A DNA stretch of 63,715 nt, the filler included, from Candidatus Desantisbacteria bacterium CG1_02_49_89 (GTDB taxonomy: Bacteria; Desantisbacteria; UBA1551): NCBI GenBank assembly GCA_001871075.1. It is 5 parts of 5 records of this genome, joined end to end, with 100 filler letters (N's around TTAATTAATTAA, not from the genome) between each part and the next. Parts side by side here need not be neighbours in the genome. Positions count along the whole stretch, not along the records: positions 13,083 to 42,371 come from MNUP01000053.1; 4 more parts are not named here. One strand, written 5' to 3'. A model generated the notes under the pieces. That model was not told where the DNA came from, ran no database searches, and saw nothing but the letters and a program-made list of their open reading frames with translations. The position numbers were made by a program, and so were the translations under genes. How positions within the stretch are numbered: position 1 is the first letter of the stretch; every line of letters starts with the position of its first letter. Shown piece by piece: positions 19,871 to 29,869 of the stretch.

Positions 19871-19949
19871 AGTTTACAGAGTTTACACAGTTTACAGAGT
19901 ACTTAAAAAAACTTTGTCAACTTTGTCAACTATATAAACTTTGTAAACT
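19871..19949. repeat. Nonamer GTTTACA-family palindromic element
   Basis: agtttacagagtttacacagtttacagagt / actttgtcaactttgtcaactatataaactttgtaaact. Confidence 0.82.
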
Positions 19950-19958
19950 GGAATTTAT

Positions 19959-20231
19959 ATGCGCCGAGCGCATTTGATAATAAGCGGCAGGGTGCAGGGA
20001 GTGGGTTTCAGGTACAGGGCCCGCGACATCGCGGAAGGCCTGGGCCTGAAGGGGTGGGTCAGGAACCTGCCTGATGGCAGGGTTGAAACGATCGCTGAAG
20101 GCGAAGACGCCCCCGTAGAAGAGTTTGTCAAATACTGCCGCAAGGGCCCTCCATGCGCGCACGTAAGCGGCGTGGAGATAAGCGAGGAAGAACCGCTGAA
20201 TGATCTTGCAGGTTTTGATATAGAATATTGA
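19959..20231 (+). CDS. acyP: Acylphosphatase
   Basis: ISGRVQGVGFR..GWVRNLPDGRVE. Confidence 0.95.
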   Translation: MRRAHLIISGRVQGVGFRYRARDIAEGLGLKGWVRNLPDGRVETIAEGEDAPVEEFVKYCRKGPPCAHVSGVEISEEEPLNDLAGFDIEY

Positions 20232-20414
20232 ACCACGAGATTCCACAGATTTCCACCAGATTACTGTCAGGCAGTCATTGCGAGTGAAACGAAGCAATCC
20301 GAGAGATTGCTTCACCTGCCCGCCACGCTTCGCTCGCGGCTTCGGTTCGCAATGACAGAAGGAATATAATCGTGTGTAAATCTCGTGAAATCGCGTGGTT
20401 AAGAGGTATTTGAG

Positions 20415-20756
20415 ATGGTGGAGAATTACGAGTTCGGGAAAATAAAAATTGACGGGAAAGAGTACGGAAGCGACGTCCTGATCCTCAAAGACGGCTCTGT
20501 AAGGGAATGGCGCAGGATCGAGGGCCATAAACTGGCCGTAAAGGACATAGAAGCGCTTATAAAGGAAAGGCCGCAGTCAATAGTGATAGGCACCGGAGAA
20601 GGCGGCGTGATGGACGTCCCCCGGGAAGTGGTAAAGTCGGTGATAAACAAAGGCATAGACATGGTGGTTGAAAAAACCCCTTCTGCCGTTCAGAAATACA
20701 ACGATATGCTCAAAGAAGGCGTTGCGGTGAGCGCGGGATTGCACCTTACCTGTTAA
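20415..20756 (+). CDS. Mth938-like (DUF498) protein
   Basis: YEFGKIKIDGKEY..D, IVIGTG, C-terminal LHLTC. Confidence 0.9.
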   Translation: MVENYEFGKIKIDGKEYGSDVLILKDGSVREWRRIEGHKLAVKDIEALIKERPQSIVIGTGEGGVMDVPREVVKSVINKGIDMVVEKTPSAVQKYNDMLKEGVAVSAGLHLTC

Positions 20757-20760
20757 AAAG

Positions 20761-20863
20761 AATTATGAGTTATGAGTTATGAGTTATGAATCAACAGCAA
20801 GGAATTAATTTAAAATAGAATCCTTGTTTTTGACTCATAATTCGTAATTCATAACTCATAATT
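20761..20863. repeat. ATTATGA/TCATAAT heptamer-armed element, copy 2
   Basis: aattatgagttatgagttatgagttatga ... tcataattcgtaattcataactcataatt. Confidence 0.88.
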
Positions 20864-20881
20864 AGGCGTAGTGACTAAACC

Positions 20882-21235
20882 ATGAATGATTTAATAAAGT
20901 GGGTGCCGGTAATAATCTGGAGCGTGGTTGTCTTCACCTTTTCTTCGATACCCAACCTTAAAATACCGGGTTTCGGGCTGGGATTCGAAGACAAGATCTA
21001 TCACTGCGCCGAGTTTATCATCTGGGGGATGCTTTTTGCCCGGTCAGGCACAAAGGCGGGGCTGAAGCCTTCGGCCAACCTTATTATTTTATTCGCGATA
21101 GGGATGGTTTTTGCGTTTGTTGATGAATGGCACCAGAACCTGATCCCGGGCAGGCGTTTCGACTGGAAAGACATGGTCGCGGACTGGGCCGGGCTTGGAA
21201 TATCAGCGTTCTTCTGGTTGTTCCTTAAGAAATAA
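20882..21235 (+). CDS. VanZ-family membrane protein
   Basis: DKIYHCAEF, DEWHQ..IPGR..DW.D..AD..G. Confidence 0.9.
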   Translation: MNDLIKWVPVIIWSVVVFTFSSIPNLKIPGFGLGFEDKIYHCAEFIIWGMLFARSGTKAGLKPSANLIILFAIGMVFAFVDEWHQNLIPGRRFDWKDMVADWAGLGISAFFWLFLKK

Positions 21236-21446
21236 TTGCAGTAGCGGTCGGAACGCTTCATTGCAAAAGTCAAATTGCAAATTGTAAAATGCAAATTTAA
21301 CCACAGGTTCATGAACATGTATTTTTACTTAACACTAAATATAATCACTGTCCCTAAAGGACCCCTGCGTCTTGCTTTCATGAGAAAGCTGCAGGGGTAA
21401 TTATCTTTTGAAATCACCGTAATCAGATTTTAAAAAGGAGGGGTTT

Positions 21447-22175
21447 ATGCGTAAGATAATGGTTGTGGCAGTAGCGGCGTTGCTCCTGCTTGTGCCGGCA
21501 GCGGTAATAGCCCAGGAATGGACGGAAGTAAAAGATGAGAAAGTGACGGTTAACGAATTCTTCGCTATGGGCCGATTTATAAGCCTTAAACCGGTAAACG
21601 ATTTCCTGGCGAACAACGGGTTCGGAAGCCTTGGCGATAACCCGATGATGTACGGCGTGACAACAAAAAACAAAGCCGGCGATAAGGTCTACTGGGGGCT
21701 TTCTGCAGGCACGACGATCGGGGAAGGTATTTTTAACATACTCGCTCCCAATCTCATAGAGAGGAACATATCCAGGATCGGAACAGACACCGTCACGAAC
21801 AGAGCCGAGTTCAACATGATGTTCGCTGAAGGCATTTTTGAATACGAGATCGTAAAGCTGGGCGGTTTCTCTGTGGCAGCAGGCATGGGTATCGGGTTCG
21901 GCGGCGCTTCGATCACAGTGATCGGCGACAACGGCGGAAGGTACAGAAAGCTTTCATTCCTGGTCAACCCTGTTGCTTCCGCAAAGTACCATTTCTTTGA
22001 GGAATCCGGCGGCGGAGTGATAGTGTCTTTTACCGCGAGCTATGATTACTACCCGAATATCTACTGGTGGCCCGCGGAAGCCGGCACGCTCCCGCAGCCC
22101 GATGCATTTGACATGACCGGGGCGTCTGTCTGGGTGTCGGTCGGTATCCCGGTGACCGAGATCAAGGAAAAATAG
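21447..22175 (+). CDS. Exported protein, probable outer-membrane beta-barrel
   Basis: Signal peptide ending VIA-Q; alternating hydrophobic beta-strand pattern. Confidence 0.6.
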   Translation: MRKIMVVAVAALLLLVPAAVIAQEWTEVKDEKVTVNEFFAMGRFISLKPVNDFLANNGFGSLGDNPMMYGVTTKNKAGDKVYWGLSAGTTIGEGIFNILAPNLIERNISRIGTDTVTNRAEFNMMFAEGIFEYEIVKLGGFSVAAGMGIGFGGASITVIGDNGGRYRKLSFLVNPVASAKYHFFEESGGGVIVSFTASYDYYPNIYWWPAEAGTLPQPDAFDMTGASVWVSVGIPVTEIKEK

Positions 22176-22195
22176 CAGGCGGAAACTTACAGAAG

Positions 22196-22720
22196 ATGGC
22201 GGTATACTATATACTTGACGGGAACAATATAATTAAAAGCACGCAGGTTTTTCTTGATGCTGCCGGCGGCAATTTTATCAAAGCCCAATACGAGCTCGTG
22301 GAAGCCGCGCATAAGGCGCTTGTGCGCAGGTCCTCTGGCGACACCCTTGACGTGGTTTTTGACGGCGGAGGCATGAACTACAAGTTCATTCCTCCGTTTG
22401 GCGCGAAGGTCGCGTTCAGCAAAGACAGGAGCGCTGACAGGGTTATATGCGAAAAGATAAAAAAGGCGTCCGACCTGTGGGTGCAGGGGCACGGTTTTGA
22501 CAGAACGGTGGTTGTCAGCGATGACCTGGAGATACGCGAATGCGTGAAGATATTCGGCGCTGTGTCCTGGCGCACCGCGGAATTCGTTGAAAAGGTTTTC
22601 CCGCGGAAAGCAGAAAAGCCCCTGGCGCGGGCAAAACAGGCTGTTGAAAAAACAATAAGGCCGGACCACCAGGCGAAAATAACCGAAGAGCTTGAGAAGC
22701 ACTTTGGCATTAAAAAATAA
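22196..22720 (+). CDS. NYN/YacP-like PIN-domain protein
   Basis: YILDGNN, VVFDG, SAD..I, VVSDD. Confidence 0.85.
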   Translation: MAVYYILDGNNIIKSTQVFLDAAGGNFIKAQYELVEAAHKALVRRSSGDTLDVVFDGGGMNYKFIPPFGAKVAFSKDRSADRVICEKIKKASDLWVQGHGFDRTVVVSDDLEIRECVKIFGAVSWRTAEFVEKVFPRKAEKPLARAKQAVEKTIRPDHQAKITEELEKHFGIKK

Positions 22721-22923
22721 GTCAAAAGTAACTGAATAACCACGGAGACACGGAGGCACAGTCGCCTCATCGGCGACCCGCCGAAGTGGCGGGAGACTAC
22801 CTTTGATGTAACTCAAGGCTTCAGCCTTGATGTCAAACCTAAAGGTTTGAGTTACAATAATATTCCTTGTTGTTGCTCTGACACGTTGACACGTTGACAC
22901 TTTGACACGCTTGGGAGGCTATA

Positions 22924-23712
22924 ATGAAAGTGTTTATTTTCACGGACCTCGAAGGGGTTGCGGGAGTCGCGGACTTTGAATCCCAGACATACCCGGGAGG
23001 AAGGTATTACGAACAGGCGAAACACCTGCTTACCCAGGAAACAAACGCATGCGTAGAAGGATTGATTGAAGCGAAAGCAAAGGAAATAATAGTGCTGGAC
23101 GGCCACGGGTGCGGAGGAATAATCCCGGACGAACTTCATAAGGAAGCGCGGCTTATATCAGGCACAGTGATGTCTCCCCCGTTCGGGCTCGACAACAGTT
23201 ATGACGCGGTGATACTGCTCGCGCACCATGCCATGGCAGGCGTTGAGGACGGCAACCTGAACCACAGCTATTCGTCAACCGGGATCTTCAATATGTGGTT
23301 CAATGACGAACTTGTCGGCGAGATAGGGCTTGAATTCGCGCTTGCGGGGTATTTCGGGATACCCATAATACTGGTCACAGGCGATTCAGCGGCATGCAGG
23401 GAGGCAAAGAGTTACATAAAAACCGTGGAAACCGTGGTCGTGAAGGAAGGCATAAACAGGCGGACCGCGAACGCGCTTTCACCCGGGCTGGCAAGGGAGC
23501 TCATAAAGGCAAAAGCAAAAACAGCCCTGAAGAGCATAAAGGAAATGAAGCGTTACAAGCTGCTGAAGCCGCCCTTTTCACTCAAGATCCAGTTTATCTC
23601 GTCGGATTCAACCGAGCGCCATGTTACAAAGCCGGGCTGCCTGAGGATCGACTCAAGGACCGTGCAGTTCAAATCAGACGATTTCCTCAAGATGCTTCAA
23701 TTATGGATCTAA
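22924..23712 (+). CDS. M55 family D-aminopeptidase (DppA-like)
   Basis: MKVFIFTDLEG, DGHG, HHAMAG..L.HS, GEIG, VTGD. Confidence 0.92.
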   Translation: MKVFIFTDLEGVAGVADFESQTYPGGRYYEQAKHLLTQETNACVEGLIEAKAKEIIVLDGHGCGGIIPDELHKEARLISGTVMSPPFGLDNSYDAVILLAHHAMAGVEDGNLNHSYSSTGIFNMWFNDELVGEIGLEFALAGYFGIPIILVTGDSAACREAKSYIKTVETVVVKEGINRRTANALSPGLARELIKAKAKTALKSIKEMKRYKLLKPPFSLKIQFISSDSTERHVTKPGCLRIDSRTVQFKSDDFLKMLQLWI

Positions 23713-23713
23713 C

Positions 23714-23826
23714 GACCGTCGAGCGTCGCGCGTCTTACGTCATACGTAAATCTTTAAAACGTACGACCTACGACGTAAAACGTTTGACGGTATTCACGTA
23801 CGACTTACGACGTATGACGTACGACG
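23714..23826. repeat. CGTCGTA/TACGACG heptamer palindromic element
   Basis: cgtcgagcgtcgcgcgtcttacgtcatacg ... cgtacgacttacgacgtatgacgtacgacg; family also at 47968-48058 and 49257. Confidence 0.82.
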
Positions 23827-23840
23827 GACAAAGAGGAAAC

Positions 23841-24914
23841 ATGGAAAGCAAGCTACCGAAAAAGATGAGGGCTGTGGTGCTGCACGGGCCGGGTGATTAC
23901 CGGCTTGAAGAAGTGCCCGTACCCTGCGCGGGGAAAGAAGAAATCATCGTAAAGGTCATCGCCGCGGGGATCTGCGCCGGGGACGTGAAGTGCTGGAAAG
24001 GCACCGAGATGTTCTGGGGAGAAAAAGGTTATGCAAACCCGCCGGCAATTGCGGGCCATGAATTCATAGGAGAAGTGGTTGAGCTTGGAGAGGGCGCCGC
24101 GGAAAAGCACGGGGTTAAGATCGGAGAACTTGCGATCTCGGAGCAGATCGTGCCCTGCGGGGAATGCAGGTTCTGCAAAAGCGGGAAATACTGGCAGTGC
24201 TTCGTGCATGATATTTACGGGTTCAGGAAACAATTGAACGGCGGGATGGCCGAATACATAAAATATCCCGCGAGATCAGTCACTCATAAGGTTCCTGGAT
24301 CAATAGACAGGATACAGGCGGCGCTGATAGAACCACTTGCCTGCTCCATCCACGCGGTTGACCGCGGAAATATAGGGTCCGAAGACGTTGTTGTGATAGC
24401 CGGATGCGGGACTCTGGGGCTGGGGATGGTGGGAGCGGCAAGGCTTAAGAATCCCGGAAAACTTATTGCGGTTGATGTCCAGGACCTTCGCCTTGAAATA
24501 GCGAAATATATGGGCGCTGATCTGACGCTCAACCCCAGGAAAGAAGACGTTATCAAAAAGGTGCTGGATATGACCGGCGGTTACGGGTGCGACGTTTATG
24601 TTGAAGCGTCAGGCCACCCTTCAGCCGTAAAGCAGGGCCTGCAAATGATACGCCGCCTGGGCACGTTTGTGGAATTCGGTGTTTTTGCCGGGGAGACATC
24701 GGTTGACTGGACGGTTATCGGGGACGGCAAGGAACTTGACATACGTGGCTCGCACCTTGGGCCCGGAACGTATCCCGCCGCGATAGACTGCATAAACACG
24801 CAGAAAATAAAAACCGATAAGATAATAACCCACAGGCTGCCGCTGGAGAAATTCAAAGAAGGTTTTGAGCTGATGGCGCACGGCGAAGGCATTAAAATAG
24901 TACTTGTGCCATAA
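23841..24914 (+). CDS. Zn-dependent polyol dehydrogenase (erythritol/threitol/iditol dehydrogenase-like)
   Basis: GICAGD, GHE..G.V, CGECRFC..C, GCGTLG; start after AGAGG RBS (track ORF is 5'-extended). Confidence 0.88.
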   Translation: MESKLPKKMRAVVLHGPGDYRLEEVPVPCAGKEEIIVKVIAAGICAGDVKCWKGTEMFWGEKGYANPPAIAGHEFIGEVVELGEGAAEKHGVKIGELAISEQIVPCGECRFCKSGKYWQCFVHDIYGFRKQLNGGMAEYIKYPARSVTHKVPGSIDRIQAALIEPLACSIHAVDRGNIGSEDVVVIAGCGTLGLGMVGAARLKNPGKLIAVDVQDLRLEIAKYMGADLTLNPRKEDVIKKVLDMTGGYGCDVYVEASGHPSAVKQGLQMIRRLGTFVEFGVFAGETSVDWTVIGDGKELDIRGSHLGPGTYPAAIDCINTQKIKTDKIITHRLPLEKFKEGFELMAHGEGIKIVLVP

Positions 24915-25080
24915 AAAATAGTAACGGATACTATTTTTTCATATTTTTCAGATAGGACAGGGAGACTATATGTCAATTTTAGATTTTTTTAACCCAAAAC
25001 CCAATATTGAGAAAATGTTAGAAGAAATGTGTAAAGGTAATTTATAATACTAATTATGAAAGAGTCTTGAGAAAAATACT

Positions 25081-26115
25081 ATGAGGAATTTTTTAATAAA
25101 TTTTCTACCATATGCTCCAGTTAAAGAAGATATAAAAATAGGAAAGGTTCTACTTTGGCCATTTTATAAGAAAAAAGATGAATATATTCCAGATGATACA
25201 ATAAAGACACATCTTGAAATAATTTTCAAACAATATATTTGTACGGAAACACTTAAATCACTTAATGAAATTACCATTATATCCCTTGATGATAAAATAG
25301 ATTTTAAAGAATTAAACCCGAACGAAATGGAAGAAGTGAGATCTGCGACTTCAATTTTGTCCTTTTGCTCAATTGTAAACAGAGATTTTTCTAATCCAGT
25401 GTCCTCTGATAATTTTCAAATTTTTCTTCAACGGTTCAAGCCTGGCGATGACAAAATTGCTCCTTCGCATGGAAGCTGGATACGGCACAATGTTATTAAT
25501 TTAAAGATTCAGGACGCTAAATTCATTACCCCTTTTCATATTTGCATTCCACCTTTCGGCATAGATTACAATGAGAAAATTTTAAGAGGTTTGGAAAAAG
25601 TTTTGATGAATAGAAGCAAGCAAGAAGAGGCGAGAACCTTACGAGCATTAGAATGGTTCAATTATGCCAACATAAATATAGATGGATTTAACTATTTTAC
25701 CCGTATTATATTGATGTCCATTGCTTTTGAGATACTTCTCGGCGGGTATCAAGGCAAATTTGAATTTATGGAAAAAGTCAAAGGACTTATGTGTGAAACC
25801 AATGAATATACAGTAGAAAGAGAAATTCCTGATAAAGATGGTAAACAGGTTAAAGAGTGCCACACAGACAAGGAGTGGTTTGCTTACGATTTTTACAATC
25901 TTAGAAATAAAATTGTACATGGCAACAAATTAGAAGAAACTAATGAAAAACACTCTAGCGGGGAATTCTATTTTGAACTCGCCATTTCATTTTTTAAAGA
26001 ATGCATGAAAAAGACACTATCTACCCTTTCTTATTATAAATATGATGCAATGGATTCGATACTGTGGGTACTAACAGCTGAAAAAATAAGCCAAAAAAAG
26101 AGAGCAGCTAAGTGA
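25081..26115 (+). CDS. HEPN-domain (ApeA-like) protein
   Basis: ILMSIAFEILL helix and YNLRNKIVHG R-x4-H motif; AT-rich. Confidence 0.7.
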   Translation: MRNFLINFLPYAPVKEDIKIGKVLLWPFYKKKDEYIPDDTIKTHLEIIFKQYICTETLKSLNEITIISLDDKIDFKELNPNEMEEVRSATSILSFCSIVNRDFSNPVSSDNFQIFLQRFKPGDDKIAPSHGSWIRHNVINLKIQDAKFITPFHICIPPFGIDYNEKILRGLEKVLMNRSKQEEARTLRALEWFNYANINIDGFNYFTRIILMSIAFEILLGGYQGKFEFMEKVKGLMCETNEYTVEREIPDKDGKQVKECHTDKEWFAYDFYNLRNKIVHGNKLEETNEKHSSGEFYFELAISFFKECMKKTLSTLSYYKYDAMDSILWVLTAEKISQKKRAAK

Positions 26116-27872
26116 GCATATCATTTGAAGAAATTCAAAAGGCGCTTGGTCTCCCTGCCGAAATTAACGAATGGGAATTCAAGGAAGCGGCATGGGCTCT
26201 GCCTAAGAGTATATGGGAGACCATATCTGCATATGCCAATTCAGGAATTAGCGGATGCATTCTACTTGGTGTAAAACACAAAGGAAAGGTATTTGAGGTT
26301 TCAGGAATTACAGATATTGAGAAAGTTCAAAATGAGTTTACTAGCCAGATAGACCATGTCTTCAATGTCCCGCTTTCTTCCTATATTCATATTGAACCAA
26401 AGCCTTATAATGATAAATGGATGCTCGTTATTTTAACTGGAGAACCCCCCAAGAGTCTTAAACCTGTTTTTATTAAAGAAAAAAGTCCTATAAAAGGCGG
26501 ATACAAGCGTGTAGGTGGAAGCGACCTTCACTTAGTGGATAAAGATGTAGAGCGTTTTTATCAGGAAAGAAGTATCCAGCCATACGAATTTTCTCCTATG
26601 CAATCTGTAAAAATAAATGAATTGGACCCAGCAATAATTCAAATCTATAAAAAATTACTCAGTCTCAGGGAGCCGGACAGCAAAATATTATTATATGACG
26701 ATAATCGACTCCTTCAAAGCCTTAAAGCAGTTGTTTACGATGAAAATAATAAGAGATGGATTCCGACCATAGCCGGAGTTCTGCTTTTTGGTTCCGCGGA
26801 AGCCATTGCAAGAGAATTCCCTGCTTTTAAAGTTGATATAATAGACATAGACGGGACCGAATGGGTTCCTGATTATAAGGAGCGTTTTAAAAGCTATCCT
26901 TCCTATCAAGGTTCGCTTTTAACAATAGCAGCCGAAATCCTTGAAAGAATGCGCAAGGATATCGCGATTCCCTTTCAGTTAGAACCTCAAACCTTAACAA
27001 GAATTGATGAAACACCTCAGATGACATCCCTTCGAGAGGCCATCAGGAATGCCTTAATACACCAGGATTATCAAAAGAGGAATCCAACACAGATTCGGAG
27101 GTTCAACGACCGGATTGAAATTGAGAACCCCGGATATTCTTTAAAACCTATTGAGCGTATAGGAGAACCAGGTTCTGAATTACGTAATCCTATTATTGCA
27201 AGGGTCTTTAGTGATATCGGGTGGGCTGAAGAAAAGGGTTCCGGAATCCGAGCTATGCAAGATGCAATGGACAAAGCGGGTTTGACACCCCCTATTTTTG
27301 AGAGCGATACCGGTTCAAACCTTTTCCGCGTCACTTTTCGCTTACATCATTTTATGACCGAAGAAGACCTTGATTGGTTGCAGGAACATACCGAAGGTCA
27401 TAATCTCTCTGATGAGGAAAAAAAAGCGCTTATTTTAGTGCGCCATACTGGCAGCGTCAATAATCTAACATACTGCCAGATAAACCATACAGATACCTTG
27501 ACTGCGAGCAAGAGTTTAGCAAGACTCAGGGATAAAGGTTTTTTAGTTCAATCCCAGGTGAAAGGGCCCGGAACCTATTATGTACCTGCTGAGACGCTCC
27601 CAACACAAACCCCTGATTTATTCCATCCAGAACCTATAAAGAAAACCTATAAAGAAAAAGAAGAATCTATAAAGAACCGGATTGCGGAACTATGCCGCAC
27701 TCCTCATTCTGCTAAAGAGCTATCACTTAAATTAGGGAAGAATAGAGTATATCTTGTCATAAACTATCTCTCAAAAATGGTGAAAGAGGGAAAATTAAGA
27801 CGCACAAATCCTGCTCCAAAAGCAAGGAATCAAAAATATTTTACAGAAAATAACAGAAATCATAAAAAGTAG
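26112..27872 (+). CDS. Schlafen/AlbA_2 + HATPase_c_4 (RecG-C-like) + wHTH protein
   Basis: EFKEA..WETISAYAN..G..LLGV; LREAIRNALIHQDY; RIEIENPG; RNPIIA; EEKGSGI; GTGA overlap with the upstream gene. Confidence 0.88.
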   Translation: MSISFEEIQKALGLPAEINEWEFKEAAWALPKSIWETISAYANSGISGCILLGVKHKGKVFEVSGITDIEKVQNEFTSQIDHVFNVPLSSYIHIEPKPYNDKWMLVILTGEPPKSLKPVFIKEKSPIKGGYKRVGGSDLHLVDKDVERFYQERSIQPYEFSPMQSVKINELDPAIIQIYKKLLSLREPDSKILLYDDNRLLQSLKAVVYDENNKRWIPTIAGVLLFGSAEAIAREFPAFKVDIIDIDGTEWVPDYKERFKSYPSYQGSLLTIAAEILERMRKDIAIPFQLEPQTLTRIDETPQMTSLREAIRNALIHQDYQKRNPTQIRRFNDRIEIENPGYSLKPIERIGEPGSELRNPIIARVFSDIGWAEEKGSGIRAMQDAMDKAGLTPPIFESDTGSNLFRVTFRLHHFMTEEDLDWLQEHTEGHNLSDEEKKALILVRHTGSVNNLTYCQINHTDTLTASKSLARLRDKGFLVQSQVKGPGTYYVPAETLPTQTPDLFHPEPIKKTYKEKEESIKNRIAELCRTPHSAKELSLKLGKNRVYLVINYLSKMVKEGKLRRTNPAPKARNQKYFTENNRNHKK

Positions 27873-27907
27873 ATATTTTTGTGATTTTTGTGATTTTGGA
27901 GGAAGAA

Positions 27908-28891
27908 TTGGAATATAGAGAACTGGGAAAAACTGGAACAAAGGTTTCCGCGGTCGGGTTCGGCTGCTGGGCGATGGGGGCAAGCGGCTGGGGCGATGTG
28001 GATGACAGCGAATCGATAAGCGCGGCGCGCAGGGCGCTTGACCTGGGCATAAATTTCTTTGACACAGCGCCGGGATACGGGTTCAACCACTCCGAGAAGG
28101 TCCTCGCGAAAGCCCTTGAAGGAAAGCGCAAAGAAGCTTTCCTGGCGACAAAATGCGGCATAGACTGGGAGGAGAAGACCGGGAAGATCTGGAAAAACTC
28201 AAGCCCCGCTTATATCCGGAAGGACTGCGAGCGCAGCCTGCAAACGCTGAACACGGACCGCATAGACCTGCTGCAGGTGCACTGGCCTGACGAGAAGGTC
28301 CCTATCTCCGATACTATGGGAGAGCTGGCAAAACTGCAGAAGGAAGGGAAGATAAAATATATCGGTGTTTCCAATTATTCGGTAGCGCAGATGAAGGAAT
28401 GCCGGAAATATATTGAGCTTGTAAGCCTCCAGCCCCCTTTCAGCATGCTCAACCGGGGTGTTGAGCAGGAAATACTCCCCTTCTGCCTCGAGCAGAAGAT
28501 ATCCGCGCTGGCATACAGCCCCATACAGCAGGGCCTGCTCACCGGCAAATACACCAGGGACGCGGTTTTCCCCGAGAATGACATGCGCTTACACAACCCG
28601 ATGTTCAAGGGCGTTATTTTTGAAAAGATCATAGCGGCGGTTGAAGAATTCAAGAAAATGGCTAAGGGATACGGCAGGACAATGACCCAGTTCGCGATAA
28701 ACTGGGTTCTGTGCAACCCGGCCCTGACCGTCGCGATAGTCGGGGCGAAGAAACCCGCGCAGGTTGAGGAGAACGCGGGCGGTGCGGGCTGGAAGATAAG
28801 TGATGAGGACCTGAAAAAGACATACGAGATACTCGACAGGCTCCAGCAGGAAATAATGCGGCAGTTAGCCGCCCAGAATAAAAACAAATAA
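27908..28891 (+). CDS. Aldo/keto reductase
   Basis: LGKTG.KVS..GFG, GINFFDTAPGYG, SL..LNTDRIDLLQVHWPD, IGVSNY; TTG start after GGAGG. Confidence 0.94.
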   Translation: MEYRELGKTGTKVSAVGFGCWAMGASGWGDVDDSESISAARRALDLGINFFDTAPGYGFNHSEKVLAKALEGKRKEAFLATKCGIDWEEKTGKIWKNSSPAYIRKDCERSLQTLNTDRIDLLQVHWPDEKVPISDTMGELAKLQKEGKIKYIGVSNYSVAQMKECRKYIELVSLQPPFSMLNRGVEQEILPFCLEQKISALAYSPIQQGLLTGKYTRDAVFPENDMRLHNPMFKGVIFEKIIAAVEEFKKMAKGYGRTMTQFAINWVLCNPALTVAIVGAKKPAQVEENAGGAGWKISDEDLKKTYEILDRLQQEIMRQLAAQNKNK

Positions 28892-29074
28892 ACCACACGA
28901 TTCCACTCCCTACATGTTTCTACGAAACATAACCGTGGGAGCAGGCAGATTTTCACGCGATTGGAACCACGCTGTCATTGCGAACAAAGTGAAGCAATCT
29001 TGTTTGGATTGCTTCGTCGTTTCACTCCTCGCAATGACATATCGTTTGTAATCTCGTGGCTAAAAAGGTTTAAT

Positions 29075-29794
29075 ATGAAAAAAATATTACTTTTAATTTT
29101 TTACTTTCAACTTTCAGCTTTCAGCTTTCAGCTGTGCCGGGCAGAGACACCCCTCTTCATAAACCCGGCACCGGGCAGGCCCGAGGCATTCACGTACCTC
29201 AGCGTTGACGGGAAAGATTCGGTCGTGATGACCGATTCCAGCAAATATGTCAAGGACAGGAACGGCAGGACCGTTATGGTCGTTACCTCAAGGCCCGCTG
29301 GCCGCAGGTTCAGCACCGTCATTACGATGGAATCTGTGACAATGAAACCTATTTCGGTGACAGTGACCGGGAATACCGAGGTCGTTGCCGAGGCGAAATA
29401 CAGCGGCAGTATCGGTGAGATACAGTACAGGGGATGGAAAAAAAGAGAGCGCAAGCGCGTTTATGTTACGGTCCTGACATACGACCAGCGTTCTTTGTTC
29501 TGGCTTTTCAGGGGTTATAATTTTTTAAATCCTAAAGTGACAGACGTGGACCTTGTCATGCCGCTTGGGAACCGCTGCTCTGTCAAGGTAAGGTATGTGG
29601 GCAGGGAAGAAATAACCGTGCCTGCCGGAAAATTCATGGCGCACAAGCTTGAGATGGAGCCTGACGCCCTTCTGCCCCAGATGTCGGCAAAATTGAAAAC
29701 GTATTTCTGGTTCAGCGCGGAAAAGGTGCCGAGGTTCCTGAAATACGAATACTTGACCGGCAGAAAGAAGCAGACAGCGGAGCTCCTTAAATGA
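29075..29794 (+). CDS. Exported DUF3108-like protein
   Basis: MKK signal peptide; VGREEITVPAGKF motif. Confidence 0.7.
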   Translation: MKKILLLIFYFQLSAFSFQLCRAETPLFINPAPGRPEAFTYLSVDGKDSVVMTDSSKYVKDRNGRTVMVVTSRPAGRRFSTVITMESVTMKPISVTVTGNTEVVAEAKYSGSIGEIQYRGWKKRERKRVYVTVLTYDQRSLFWLFRGYNFLNPKVTDVDLVMPLGNRCSVKVRYVGREEITVPAGKFMAHKLEMEPDALLPQMSAKLKTYFWFSAEKVPRFLKYEYLTGRKKQTAELLK

Positions 29795-29869
29795 TCAGTT
29801 GTCAGTTGTCGGTTGAGAGTTGTCAGTTAACCCACAACCCACAACTCACAACGGATAACTAAACAAGCA

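Noticed and set aside
23394-23840. 149-aa N-terminal extension of the dehydrogenase ORF
   Set aside because: Overlaps the M55 peptidase and reads through a heptamer repeat; the real start with RBS is 23841.
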